Under the pieces are notes generated by a model, which did no database searches, was not told where the DNA came from, and saw nothing but the letters and a program-made list of their open reading frames with translations. The position numbers and the translations under genes are program-made. From Bacillota bacterium (GTDB taxonomy: Bacteria > Bacillota > Dehalobacteriia > UBA4068 > UBA4997): a stretch of 64,000 bases of DNA. The DNA lies in contig JAFQHN010000018.1 of NCBI GenBank assembly GCA_017397935.1, forward strand, positions 5,101 through 69,100, read 5' to 3'. This document shows positions 51,297 through 61,094 of the stretch, in pieces (the first letter of the stretch is position 1; the number at the start of each line of letters is the position of its first letter).

Positions 51297-54044
51297 TTAT
51301 TCCTCGGGCAGCTCAGGCAGCTCGGCCATCACAGCGGCACAACGCGGGCACAGACCGTTCTCGTCGGTTTCTTCGCTGTAAATCCAGCAGCGAACACACT
51401 TGTGGCCCTTGGCAGCCTCAACAGCCACCTTAATGCCGTCAGCAGCCTCGCCTTCCACCACCGCACACTGGGATACGATGAACAGGCCGGCCAACTCAGC
51501 CTCAGCAGCCTTCAACAGCGCATAATCCTCGCCCTCGGCGGTAATAACCACACCGGCGTCCAGAGAATGACCGATCTGCTTGGCCTTGCGAGCCAGCTCC
51601 AACTGACCGGCCACAGCTTCCTTGTAAGCCGCCAGCTTCTGCCATTTCTCGTCCAGAGCCTCATCAACCCAATCAGCATTTACCTCCGGCATCGAGAGCA
51701 GCTGAACGCTGACCGGAGCCTCGGCAGTTTTGGGCATATAACGGTAAATTTCCTCCGATGTAAAGGCCAGAATCGGGGTGATCAGACGCAGCATAGCGTC
51801 CAGAATATGATACATCACTGTCTGTACCGAGCGGCGGGCAGCAGCGTCCGGCAGCTCAGAATACAGGGTGTCCTTGGTAATATCCAGATACAGGTTGCTC
51901 ATCTCCACCACGCAGAAGTGATGAATGGCATGGTAAACAGAATGGAACTCATAGGCATCATAAGCCGCACGCACACGCTTGATCAGCATTTGCAGGCGGT
52001 GCAGCATCCAGCGGTCAACCTCACGCAGCTCAGCATAAGGCAGCAAATCAGCCTCCAAATCAAAACCGTTCAGGTTAGAAAGCAGGAAACGCGCGGTGTT
52101 GCGGATTTTGCGGTAAGTTTCGCTCACCTGCTTCAAAATGCCGTTGCTGATAGCCAAGTCGGAGCGATAATCGGCAGAGCTTACCCACAGACGCAGCACA
52201 TCGGCGCCCATTTTGTTGATGATCTCCAACGGGTCAACCACGTTGCCCAGAGATTTACTCATCTTGCGGCCCTTTTCATCCACCAGGAAGCCGTGCGTCA
52301 ATACGGCCTTGTACGGTGCTTTGCCGCGGCAGGCCACCGCAATATTCAGCGAGGAGTTAAACCAGCCACGGTGCTGGTCAGAGCCTTCCAGGTACAAATC
52401 AACAGGCCAGCCCAGCTCATCACGCTTATCGGCCACGGCCAGATGGCTGCTGCCGCTGTCAAACCAAACGTCCATAATGTCGGTTTCCTTGCGGAACTCA
52501 TGGCAGCCACATTCACAGGTCAGGCCCTCGGGGATCAGCTCGGCAGCGTCCCTGGCAAACCAGATGTTGGAGCCATGCTCGGCAAACAACTGCTGGATGT
52601 GCGCAATCGTTTCATCATTAACAATTTCCTTGCCGCATTCCTTGCAGTAGAAAATCGGGATCGGTACACCCCAGGTACGCTGACGGGAGATGCACCAGTC
52701 GCTGCGGTCTTTCACCATATTATAGATGCGGTCATGGCCCCAGGCCGGGATCCACTGCACATTGTCAATTTCCTGCAAGGCCTGCTCACGGAAGCCGTCA
52801 ATCGAGCAGAACCACTGTTCGGTGGCGCGGAAGATAATGGGGTTTTTGCAGCGCCAACAATGCGGATAAGCGTGGGTGATCCACTGTAATTTCAGCAGCG
52901 CACCGCACTCGTCCAAATCCTTAACCACCTGCTTGCCGCCCTCATTGATATGCAGGCCCTGATATTTGCCGGCCTCGGCGGTAAAGTGGCCGGTGTTGTC
53001 CACGGGAGAGAGAATTTCCAGACCGTAGCGCTGGCCAACCTCAAAGTCATCAACACCGTGACCCGGTGCAGTATGAACACAACCGCAGCCGGCATCCAAA
53101 GTTACATGGTCGCCCAAAATAATCTTAGATACCCGGTCGATCAGCGGATGGCGGCACTCAATGCCCTCCAACTCGCTGCCCTTATATTCAGCCAGAATTT
53201 CCACACTCTCGGCCCCGATTTCCTTGGCTACGCCGTCCAGCAGCTCCTTGGCCATAACCAGCTTGGCACCGTCCACCAGCGCCACCACATAAGTATAATC
53301 TGCGTGGATACAGATGGCCACGTTGGCAGGAATAGTCCACGGGGTGGTTGTCCAAATCACAAAAGAAACATCATCGGCCAACACACCCTTGCCGTCCTGC
53401 ACCGCAAATTTCACATAGATAGCAGGGCTTTTTACATCGGCGTATTCAACCTCGGCCTCGGCCAGGGCGGTTTCGCAATCGGCACACCAATAAACAGGCT
53501 TCTTGCCCTTATAGATGTAGCCCTTCTTCACCATCTCGCCAAAAGCACCGATCTGGGTAGCCTCAAACTCTTTTTGCAGGGTAATGTAAGGATGCTCCCA
53601 ATCACCGCGCACACCCAGGCGCTTGAACTGCTCCCGCTGAATATCCACAAAGGAGAGGGCAAATTCCTCACACTTCTCACGGAAGGCAGCCTTGTCCTCG
53701 CTGTGGTGGTTGATACCCAGCTCTTTAATGGCACGCTGCTCAATCGGCAGGCCGTGGGTATCCCAACCGGGCACATAGGGCGAATCAAAGCCGCTCATGC
53801 TCTTATATTTAACAATAATATCTTTCAGCACCTTGTTCAGCACATGGCCGGTGTGGATGTTACCGTTGGCGTAGGGCGGGCCGTCGTGCAGAATAAACTT
53901 CGGCTTGCCGGCATTTTGCTCCGCCACCAAATTGTAAATGTCCTGCTCCTGCCAGAATTTCAGGGTTTCCGGCTCACGCTCGGGCAGATTGCCGCGCATG
54001 GGGAAATCGGTGCTGGGCAGATTAAGAGTCTTACCGTAATCCAT
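51297..54044 (-). CDS. ileS: isoleucine--tRNA ligase
   Basis: Translation MDYGKTLNLPSTDFPMRGNLPEREPE..., HIGH (PYANGNIHTGH), KMSKS, CP1 editing domain, C-terminal zinc finger (CVRCW...CPRC). Confidence 0.95.
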   Translation of the reverse strand: MDYGKTLNLPSTDFPMRGNLPEREPETLKFWQEQDIYNLVAEQNAGKPKFILHDGPPYANGNIHTGHVLNKVLKDIIVKYKSMSGFDSPYVPGWDTHGLPIEQRAIKELGINHHSEDKAAFREKCEEFALSFVDIQREQFKRLGVRGDWEHPYITLQKEFEATQIGAFGEMVKKGYIYKGKKPVYWCADCETALAEAEVEYADVKSPAIYVKFAVQDGKGVLADDVSFVIWTTTPWTIPANVAICIHADYTYVVALVDGAKLVMAKELLDGVAKEIGAESVEILAEYKGSELEGIECRHPLIDRVSKIILGDHVTLDAGCGCVHTAPGHGVDDFEVGQRYGLEILSPVDNTGHFTAEAGKYQGLHINEGGKQVVKDLDECGALLKLQWITHAYPHCWRCKNPIIFRATEQWFCSIDGFREQALQEIDNVQWIPAWGHDRIYNMVKDRSDWCISRQRTWGVPIPIFYCKECGKEIVNDETIAHIQQLFAEHGSNIWFARDAAELIPEGLTCECGCHEFRKETDIMDVWFDSGSSHLAVADKRDELGWPVDLYLEGSDQHRGWFNSSLNIAVACRGKAPYKAVLTHGFLVDEKGRKMSKSLGNVVDPLEIINKMGADVLRLWVSSADYRSDLAISNGILKQVSETYRKIRNTARFLLSNLNGFDLEADLLPYAELREVDRWMLHRLQMLIKRVRAAYDAYEFHSVYHAIHHFCVVEMSNLYLDITKDTLYSELPDAAARRSVQTVMYHILDAMLRLITPILAFTSEEIYRYMPKTAEAPVSVQLLSMPEVNADWVDEALDEKWQKLAAYKEAVAGQLELARKAKQIGHSLDAGVVITAEGEDYALLKAAEAELAGLFIVSQCAVVEGEAADGIKVAVEAAKGHKCVRCWIYSEETDENGLCPRCAAVMAELPELPEE

Positions 54045-54161
54045 AATCAAACCTTCTCCTTATTTATCAAAACATCATAAAAAAACTTATACTTCTATAA
54101 CTTATACTTCTATTATATTGAATATATTGAATAATGCCTAAGGCCGGCATCAAATACCGGC

Positions 54162-54434
54162 CTAAAACAATATTGCCAAGATACGATACGCCAATCCCTC
54201 CAACATATACAGGCAGAAGATGCCCAAAATGGGCGAAAAATCCACCGGGAAGCGTGGGCTGGGCGGCAAAATGCGGCGGAAGAAACGCAAAAACGGCTCG
54301 GTCATCTCATAGATAAAAAGCGTAATGGCGTTACCCCGCGACAGCGGAAACCACGACAGCAAAATGTTGGCAATCAGCAGAAAATAATAAACCTCAAAGG
54401 CAAAATGCACAAACAAATAAATATATGATTGCAT
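54162..54434 (-). CDS. YggT-family membrane protein (cell-division cluster)
   Basis: 90 aa, 2 TM helices. YGGT motif ILLSWFP. Confidence 0.7.
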   Translation of the reverse strand: MQSYIYLFVHFAFEVYYFLLIANILLSWFPLSRGNAITLFIYEMTEPFLRFFRRILPPSPRFPVDFSPILGIFCLYMLEGLAYRILAILF

Positions 54435-54447
54435 AACCTACCCTCTG

Positions 54448-54942
54448 TTAACGCTGCCAGGGATAACTGTTGGCCTCAACCGAGCTGAACGCCTGCACCT
54501 CTGGGTCCATAATCTGGCCGTTGACATCCACCTGGCTGGAACCAAACAGGAAGGTAGAACCGCTGACCTTTTTAGACTCGCCGCTTAAAGCAAAAACCGC
54601 ACCGGAGAGAAAATCCACCATGCGCTGGGCAGTTTCCTTGTCCAACTCCTCAAAGTTTACGATAACCACCTTTTGCTCCTTAATGCTCTGGGCGATGTGC
54701 TGCAAATCATCATAAGCCTTGGCCTTAACCAGCACCATCTCACAGGCTTTTTTGCCGCCGCCTGCGGTATTGCCGCCGGGAATCGCCATAACCTGATTAC
54801 GGCGGGCCTTTTTGGCGTCCTGTTCCTGCCAGATGTCCTTCTCGGCAGTAGCCGCGATTTTATCCATTTCCTCCGGCTTCAAAGCCTCTTCTTCCTCCTC
54901 CTGGAAGAAAACACTGGTAACTTTATCCCATACTCCGGACAT
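54448..54942 (-). CDS. sepF: cell division protein SepF
   Basis: Acidic linker, then the conserved C-domain VVIVNFEELDKETAQRMVDFLSGAVFALSG. Start at MSGVWDK with a GGGAGG Shine-Dalgarno sequence. Confidence 0.85.
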   Translation of the reverse strand: MSGVWDKVTSVFFQEEEEEALKPEEMDKIAATAEKDIWQEQDAKKARRNQVMAIPGGNTAGGGKKACEMVLVKAKAYDDLQHIAQSIKEQKVVIVNFEELDKETAQRMVDFLSGAVFALSGESKKVSGSTFLFGSSQVDVNGQIMDPEVQAFSSVEANSYPWQR

Positions 54943-55035
54943 TGAAAATACCTCCCTGAAAAAACTATTGTTCCAAACCGAATACACTCTTTATATATTA
55001 CATTTATATATTACATCATAAAAATCAACTGATAA

Positions 55036-55782
55036 TCAACGGTACACACGGCCGCCAAAAATACGGCTGCCCACACGCACCATGGTTGCCCCTTCCTCGA
55101 CGGCAACCTTATAATCATTAGACATCCCCATAGAAAGTTCCTGCAAAACAACCTGCAAATCGGCAATTTTTTCGGCTTGGCGGTTAATTTCATCACGCAG
55201 CTCACGCAGCTCGGCAAACACGGGGCGCACCTCCTCGGCCGGGGCATTGGGGGCCACCGTCATCAGTCCGTCCAGCCTGAGATGAGGCAGCCTGGCCGCC
55301 GCCTGCACAAAATCCCAGACCTCCGCCGGTGCCAAACCGAATTTACTGTCCTCGGCCGCCACATTAACCTCCAACAGGCAAGGCACAATAATGTTCTGCG
55401 CCGCCGCCCGCTTTTCAATCTCCTCGGCCAGCCGCCAGCTTTCCAGCGAGTGTATCATCTGCACCCGCCCGATTATCTGCCGCACCTTGTTGGTCTGCAA
55501 ATGACCAATCAAATGCCACTTGGCGTCAGCGGGCAGCTCCTCCTGCTTCATCAGCAGCTCCTGCACACGGTTTTCGGCCAGGCCGTCAACCCCTAAGCGC
55601 CAACAGGCCGCCACCACATCAGCCGGCACGGTTTTGCTCACCGCCAGCAGCTTAACATTGGCTGCCGCGTGTGTGCCTTCCGCTTTGGCCTTGGCAATAT
55701 CCGCCTTAACCTCAGCCAGATTTTCTGCCAGATAGGCAAATTCCGTCAACAACCTCACCCCCAGAAAGGCAAACATCATCAC
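55036..55782 (-). CDS. YggS-family pyridoxal-phosphate homeostasis protein
   Basis: Alanine-racemase-N-like fold. PLP lysine in LLAVSKTVPA. C-terminus IGHLQTNK...GMSNDY. Conserved yggS-sepF-yggT order. Confidence 0.85.
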   Translation of the reverse strand: MMMFAFLGVRLLTEFAYLAENLAEVKADIAKAKAEGTHAAANVKLLAVSKTVPADVVAACWRLGVDGLAENRVQELLMKQEELPADAKWHLIGHLQTNKVRQIIGRVQMIHSLESWRLAEEIEKRAAAQNIIVPCLLEVNVAAEDSKFGLAPAEVWDFVQAAARLPHLRLDGLMTVAPNAPAEEVRPVFAELRELRDEINRQAEKIADLQVVLQELSMGMSNDYKVAVEEGATMVRVGSRIFGGRVYR

Positions 55783-56057
55783 ACAATTATTCTATTATAC
55801 TATATTGCTATACTTTTGATATTATATTTTACCATATACAAAGCCCGTTTGCAAAGGCTTTTGCCCCACTTTTACATAAATTTATTAACACATCTCATTA
55901 ACATTTCTCAGCACTTTTGGCAAATCCTGCCAAAAACTTTCACGCCAAAATTTTGACAAAAAATTATTTATTTTGCCCAAAACTATTGACAAATACAAAA
56001 GCCCTGTACCACGGCTTGGTATTTGATAAAGTACAAAATATAGTGCGCTTTTTTTGC

Positions 56058-56086
56058 TTGACTTACCACATTTTGTATGCCATAAT
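56058..56086 (+). promoter_or_regulatory. putative sigma-A promoter of nrdD
   Basis: TTGACT, a 17-nt spacer, then CATAAT. Confidence 0.5.
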
Positions 56087-56096
56087 AATAAAGCAC

Positions 56097-56114
56097 CATA
56101 TAGAGTACTATATG
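56097..56114 (+). promoter_or_regulatory. candidate NrdR operator (inverted repeat at nrdD transcription start)
   Basis: Inverted repeat catatagAGTActatatg (7-bp arms). ATATA/TATAT half-sites resemble the NrdR-box core. nrdR is encoded 1 kb away. Confidence 0.4.
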
Positions 56115-56192
56115 TAACATACATTACAATTAACCACGCCGGCCCGTTTTGCGGCGTGATTTTATCACTCATCAGGAGGTTTTTAGCACATC

Positions 56193-58526
56193 ATGTTCAG
56201 CAACATCATCAAACGCGATGGCCGTCTGGCACCTTATGACATCAGCAAAATCGCCAACGCCATCAACAAAGCCATGGAGGCCTGCGGCCGCAGCACCGCT
56301 GCCGAGGAATGTGACCGTCTGGCACAGCTGGTAGAGCAAAAGTTAGAGGCTGTCTTTAAGAGTGAGGCCCCCGGCATTGAGGACATCCAGGATACCGTGG
56401 AAACCGTACTGATGGAAAACGGCTACGCCTTTGTGGCCCGCAAATACATCATTTACCGCACCGAGCGTACCCGCAGCCGCGAGATGAACACCCGCTTGAT
56501 GCGCATTTACGATGAATTGACCAACACCGATTCTCTGCTCTCCGACATGAAGCGTGACAATGCCAACATCGACGGCGACACCGCCATGGGCACCATGCTG
56601 AAATACGGCAGCGAGGGCGCCAAGGATTATTATGAGAAGTATGTTCTCTCCCCCGCGCAGAGCAAGGCGCACGGCGACGGCGACATTCACATCCATGACT
56701 TTGATTTTTACACTCTTACCACCACCTGCTGCCAGATCAACCTGTTAGAGCTGTTCAAGGGCGGCTTCTCCACCGGCCACGGCTTTTTAAGAGAGCCCAA
56801 CGATATTTCCAGCTATGCAGCATTGGCCTGCATCGCCATTCAGTCCAACCAGAATGATCAGCACGGCGGCCAGAGTGTTCCCAACTTTGATTTCTGCATG
56901 GCTCCCGGCGTTGCCAAAACCTTCAAAAAGCTGTATATCAGCAATTTCCACAAGGCTGCCGGCCTGCTCTGCCCCACTTATCCGCAGCAGTCGGCCGATA
57001 CCAAAGAGATTTTTACCGCCATCGAAGCGGCAGGTCACGGCACCCCCACCATCACCATGAGTAAGGATTTTACCGCCGCCCTGGATGCTGCCATGGCTGA
57101 TAAGCTGCCCGCCGAGGTTTATGCCCGCGCCAAGGATTTTGCCTATAACACCGCGCTGGCTGAGACGGACAAGCATACCTTCCAGGCCATGGAGGCGCTG
57201 GTACATAACCTGAACACCATGCACAGCCGTGCCGGTGCGCAGACGCCTTTTTCGTCCATCAATTACGGCACCGATACCTCCCCCGAAGGCCGGATCGCCA
57301 TTAAAAACATTCTGCTGGCCACCGAGGCCGGCCTGGGCCAGGGTGAAACGCCCATTTTCCCCATCCACATCTTCAAGGTGAAGGAGGGCGTAAACTATAA
57401 CCCCGAGGACCCCAACTATGATTTGTTCAAGCTGGCCTGCCGCGTCAGCGCCAAGCGTCTGTTCCCCAATTTCTCGTTTATTGATGCGCCGTTTAACCTG
57501 CAATATTACAAGCCGGGCCACCCGGAGACCGAGGTTTCTTACATGGGCTGCCGCACCCGCGTTTTGGGCAATCATTATGACCCCACGCACGAGATAACTT
57601 ACGGCCGCGGCAATTTAAGCTTCACCTCCATCAACCTGCCCCGCATCGGCATCAAGGCCAACCATAATCTGGAACTGTTCTTTGATGATTTGGAGCGCAA
57701 GATGGATCTGGTGGCCAATCAGCTGCTGGACCGCTTTAAGATTCAGGCACACAAAAAAGTCCGCAACTTCCCCTTCCTGATGGGACAGGGTGTGTGGCTG
57801 GGCTCCCAAAATCTGGATATTGATGATGAGGTAGGCGAGGTTCTGAAAAACGGCACCCTCTCCATCGGCTTCATCGGTCTGGCCGAAACGCTGGTGGCAC
57901 TTACCGGTCATCATCACGGCGAAAGTCCCGAATCCCGCAACTTGGGTCTGGAAATCGTCAGCTTTATGCGTGATTACTGCGACCGCAAAAGCCGGCAGAC
58001 CGGCCTTAACTTCACCCTGCTGGCCACCCCGGCCGAGGGCTTGTCCGGTCGCTTTGTCCGCATTGATAAGAAGAAATTCGGTATCATCCCCGGCGTGACT
58101 GACCGTGAATATTACACCAACAGCTTCCACGTACCGGTTTATTACAATATCAGCGCTTATGATAAAATGCATATCGAGGCGCCCTACCATGCGCTGACCA
58201 ACGCCGGCCACATCTCTTATGTAGAGCTGGACGGCGACACCGCCAAGAATTTGGAGGCCTTTGAGAGCGTGGTGCGCTTTATGAAGGAGGTCGGCATCGG
58301 CTACGGCTCCATCAACCACCCGGTAGACCGCGACCCCGTCTGCGGTTACAGCGGCATCATCAATGAGGTTTGCCCCCGCTGCGGCCGCCGCGAAGGCGAG
58401 GGTGTCAGCGCCGAGAAGCTGCGCCTTATCAAAGCCACCAACCGCGGCAACGCCGAAACCTGCGGCTACTGCGGTGATATTTCCGAGGAGAAAGAACGCG
58501 AACAGCATCCCAACAAGCTGTGTTAA
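56193..58526 (+). CDS. nrdD: anaerobic ribonucleoside-triphosphate reductase large subunit (NrdD) lacking the glycyl-radical tail
   Basis: ATP-cone N-terminus (MFSNIIKRDGRLAPYDISKIANAI), class III RNR core, C-terminal zinc ribbon CPRCG...CGYCG. The ORF stops 47 nt before a separate glycyl-radical mini-ORF. Confidence 0.85.
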   Translation: MFSNIIKRDGRLAPYDISKIANAINKAMEACGRSTAAEECDRLAQLVEQKLEAVFKSEAPGIEDIQDTVETVLMENGYAFVARKYIIYRTERTRSREMNTRLMRIYDELTNTDSLLSDMKRDNANIDGDTAMGTMLKYGSEGAKDYYEKYVLSPAQSKAHGDGDIHIHDFDFYTLTTTCCQINLLELFKGGFSTGHGFLREPNDISSYAALACIAIQSNQNDQHGGQSVPNFDFCMAPGVAKTFKKLYISNFHKAAGLLCPTYPQQSADTKEIFTAIEAAGHGTPTITMSKDFTAALDAAMADKLPAEVYARAKDFAYNTALAETDKHTFQAMEALVHNLNTMHSRAGAQTPFSSINYGTDTSPEGRIAIKNILLATEAGLGQGETPIFPIHIFKVKEGVNYNPEDPNYDLFKLACRVSAKRLFPNFSFIDAPFNLQYYKPGHPETEVSYMGCRTRVLGNHYDPTHEITYGRGNLSFTSINLPRIGIKANHNLELFFDDLERKMDLVANQLLDRFKIQAHKKVRNFPFLMGQGVWLGSQNLDIDDEVGEVLKNGTLSIGFIGLAETLVALTGHHHGESPESRNLGLEIVSFMRDYCDRKSRQTGLNFTLLATPAEGLSGRFVRIDKKKFGIIPGVTDREYYTNSFHVPVYYNISAYDKMHIEAPYHALTNAGHISYVELDGDTAKNLEAFESVVRFMKEVGIGYGSINHPVDRDPVCGYSGIINEVCPRCGRREGEGVSAEKLRLIKATNRGNAETCGYCGDISEEKEREQHPNKLC

Positions 58527-58571
58527 TATCAACCCCGTACATTATCAGCATTAAAAAGGAGATTGATAATC

Positions 58572-58739
58572 ATGACTACCGAAAAAGATAAGAAAACTCA
58601 GGCTGCCGAAGTTTTGGTCGGCGAGGGTGTGGGCTTTGAGAGAATCCGCCGCATCACCGGCTATCTCGTAGGCACTCTGGACCGTTTTAATGACGCCAAG
58701 CGTGCCGAAGAACAGGACCGTGTAAAGCATGGCCTGTAA
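58572..58739 (+). CDS. stand-alone NrdD glycyl-radical domain mini-protein (55 aa)
   Basis: Not in the ORF track (under 60 aa). Translation MTTEKDKKTQAAEVLVGEGVGFERIRRITGYLVGTLDRFNDAKRAEEQDRVKHGL. It matches the NrdD C-terminal glycyl-radical signature R(V/I)xGYL...xNxxKxxExxxRVKH. Own Shine-Dalgarno sequence AAAAAGGAG 8 nt upstream. Its stop overlaps the nrdG ATG (ATGGCCTGTAA). Confidence 0.65.
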   Translation: MTTEKDKKTQAAEVLVGEGVGFERIRRITGYLVGTLDRFNDAKRAEEQDRVKHGL

Positions 58740-59250
58740 TCCCCCCATTATGCTGGCCGGCATCGTCAACGATTCCATCACCGACGGGCCGGGTATCCGC
58801 CTTACGCTGTTTACGCAGGGCTGCCCGCACCATTGTCCCGGCTGCCACAATCCGCAGACCTGGGCTTTTGAGGGCGGCACAGCCGTCAGCGTTGATGAGA
58901 TTTTGCAGCAGATTCGGCGCAACCCCCTGTTAAAGGGCGTAACTTTCAGCGGCGGAGAACCCCTTGCCCAGGCCGAGGCGCTGCTTCCTCTGGCCGGGCA
59001 GATCCGTCAGCTTGGCTTAGAGCTGGCCATCTACACCGGCTACACCTTTGAGCAGCTTCTGGATGAGCAAAATCCGGCAGTAATGCAGCTGCTCTCGCTG
59101 GCCGATACCCTGATTGACGGGCCGTTTATCCTGGCTCAGCGCAATTTAGAGCTTAACTTCCGCGGCTCAGCCAACCAACGCATCATCAACCTGCCCAAAT
59201 CTCTGGCCGCAGGTCAGGCGGTTATCGAAACCAACGAGCGCTGGTATTAA
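58729..59250 (+). CDS. nrdG: anaerobic ribonucleoside-triphosphate reductase activating protein (radical SAM)
   Basis: Translation MACNPP...GCPHHCPGCHNP (CxxxCxxC variant), GVTFSGGEP. Confidence 0.9.
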   Translation: MACNPPIMLAGIVNDSITDGPGIRLTLFTQGCPHHCPGCHNPQTWAFEGGTAVSVDEILQQIRRNPLLKGVTFSGGEPLAQAEALLPLAGQIRQLGLELAIYTGYTFEQLLDEQNPAVMQLLSLADTLIDGPFILAQRNLELNFRGSANQRIINLPKSLAAGQAVIETNERWY

Positions 59251-59323
59251 AAACATAAGCTATTAAAAAAGTCATTCTCCGTTTGTGTTGAGAATGACTT
59301 TTTTGCTGTCTTAATAAAATTTT

Positions 59324-59782
59324 TTACTGCTTTTCCGAGAGCATATTGTGGATTTCCTTCATAAAGGTTTCAATATCCTCAAATTTACGGTAAACCGAGG
59401 CAAACCGCACATAGGCCACATCGTCCAGCTGCCGCAGGCGCACCATCACCATGTCGCCGATCTGCTTGGCCGAAATTTCCTTCTCCATCGAGTTCCGCAG
59501 CTCTTTCTCAATATCGTTAACCATGTCGTCCAGCACACTCACCGCCACGGGGCGTTTATCACAGGCGCGCACCAGCCCGGCCAAAATCTTGTTCTTATCA
59601 AAAATCTCACGGCTGCCGTCACGCTTCACCACCAACAGGCTTACTTCCTCCACCCGTTCGTATGTCGTAAACCGCTTGCCGCACTTCTGGCACTCACGCC
59701 GACGGCGGATGCTTCGTCCATCCTCCACCTGCCGAGAATCCAGCACCTTAGAATCCTCAAAACCGCAAAATGAACAGCGCAT
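59324..59782 (-). CDS. nrdR: transcriptional repressor NrdR
   Basis: Translation MRCSFCGFEDSKVLDSRQVEDGRSIRRRRECQKCGKRFTTYERVE (zinc ribbon) and an ATP-cone. Start at M37 of the track ORF, using an AAGGAGG Shine-Dalgarno sequence. Confidence 0.9.
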   Translation of the reverse strand: MRCSFCGFEDSKVLDSRQVEDGRSIRRRRECQKCGKRFTTYERVEEVSLLVVKRDGSREIFDKNKILAGLVRACDKRPVAVSVLDDMVNDIEKELRNSMEKEISAKQIGDMVMVRLRQLDDVAYVRFASVYRKFEDIETFMKEIHNMLSEKQ

Positions 59783-59918
59783 GGTCCATTCCTCCTTAAA
59801 AACTCTGCCGCGGCAGAATTGTCTGCAATTATTTGAGGATATTATTCGACGCCAAACGCACAATTCCTGCCTGAACTTTGCCTTCTTCACTCACCCTCGC
59901 CGCCACAACTCATCATCT

Positions 59919-60200
59919 TCACTCATCATCCTCAATAGATAAGCCACGACGCTTAACACCCTGCACCTGGGCCGCATACTCCACCAGCACCACATCACGG
60001 CCAATCTTCTTAATCTGCGTCCACGGTATAATTATGTCCTCTCCGCGCGTAAAAACGCCCAGAAACCGGCTGCTGCCCGGCAAAATCAGCGCCACCATGC
60101 GCCCGGCCCCCAGGTCCACCTCCACATCACGCACCGGCCCCAGCCGCCGCCCGTCCGCCAGGCTGATAATATCCTTGTTGCGCAAGTCCGAAATCTTAAA
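59919..60200 (-). CDS. YlmC/YmxH-family PRC-barrel sporulation protein
   Basis: Translation [41 protein letters not shown] is the YlmC signature. Confidence 0.75.
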   Translation of the reverse strand, partial: FKISDLRNKDIISLADGRRLGPVRDVEVDLGAGRMVALILPGSSRFLGVFTRGEDIIIPWTQIKKIGRDVVLVEYAAQVQGVKRRGLSIEDDE

Positions 60201-60279
60201 CATCAACACCACCTCAAACCAAAATATGCGGACAATCATCCCAAAATGACTGTCCGCCCATTTTATCTTCGCCCCATAT

Positions 60280-60972
60280 TTACAGTTGATTAAAAATCTC
60301 GCACATTTTCAGGCGCACCACCCGGTCGCCATAGATAAGCGACTCATCAGCGGCCTGTTCTCCTGCGCTCACCTCGCCGCACTCATCCACAAAACACAGC
60401 GGCGGAAACAGCACACACCACCAGTTATGCCCCTCGGCCGCCCCCAAATTCAGCCGCAGCGCCCGATACTTCCCCGCCGGCAGCATAACGCGCCCGTACC
60501 GTTTGGGCGGGAAATCAAACTCGCCCACCTCGCCCACGGCCGCATAACCAAAATCTCCGCAGATACCGTTCGCCAGCATCTCCAACTGCGGCAGCTCGCC
60601 CAGCACAATCTGCTCGGCCTGCTCACGGGTTTCGGCCTCGGCCAGCAGCGGCGTCAGATATTCCACCACCGCGTCACGCACTTGCAGCTTTATTGTCTGG
60701 TCGTGTGCGCTGTCGCTGTTGGCCACGATATGCAGGCGAAAGGGCAGGCCCGCATCAACTGCCCCCGCCAAATCGGGCTGTGCCCCCAGCACCCCCAGCA
60801 GCAGGCCCATCAACAGCAGCGGCAGCAGTGCCAACCCCAGTTTATACGCACTTTCAGGCGTCTCCGGCGGCATCTGGCGCGCTTTTCGATAATCACACGG
60901 CAGCCCCGGCAAAACCTCCTGCTCGGGGTATTTTTCAGGCTTATCATAATCAATATCGGCAAATTCTTTCAT
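60280..60972 (-). CDS. spoIIR: stage II sporulation protein R
   Basis: Translation ...[23 protein letters not shown]...[12 protein letters not shown] are conserved SpoIIR motifs. N-terminal TM/signal segment. Confidence 0.8.
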   Translation of the reverse strand: MKEFADIDYDKPEKYPEQEVLPGLPCDYRKARQMPPETPESAYKLGLALLPLLLMGLLLGVLGAQPDLAGAVDAGLPFRLHIVANSDSAHDQTIKLQVRDAVVEYLTPLLAEAETREQAEQIVLGELPQLEMLANGICGDFGYAAVGEVGEFDFPPKRYGRVMLPAGKYRALRLNLGAAEGHNWWCVLFPPLCFVDECGEVSAGEQAADESLIYGDRVVRLKMCEIFNQL

Positions 60973-61094
60973 GGCATAATCTCCTTTTCAACCACAATCA
61001 CAACCACAATTATGTTTACTGCCGTTATGCCACGCCGCACCCGGTTTTATACCCCCAGCCGCCAATTTTTTCACATATTTATTTGCTCATATTT

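Noticed and set aside
51183-54080. 568-aa and 376-aa +strand ORFs opposite ileS
   Set aside because: Antisense to ileS.
55885-56172. 95-aa minus-strand ORF inside the nrdD upstream region
   Set aside because: Lies in AT-rich promoter/operator DNA with poor codon usage relative to this genome. More likely non-coding regulatory sequence.
58527-58575. Possibility that the nrdD / glycyl-radical split is a sequencing frameshift or pseudogene
   Set aside because: The separation is an in-frame TAA stop, followed by 47 nt of spacer with a fresh strong Shine-Dalgarno sequence (AAAAAGGAG-N8-ATG). A single indel cannot restore one reading frame in a way that keeps both parts sensible. The mini-ORF stop is precisely coupled to the nrdG ATG. 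It should still be verified against reads.
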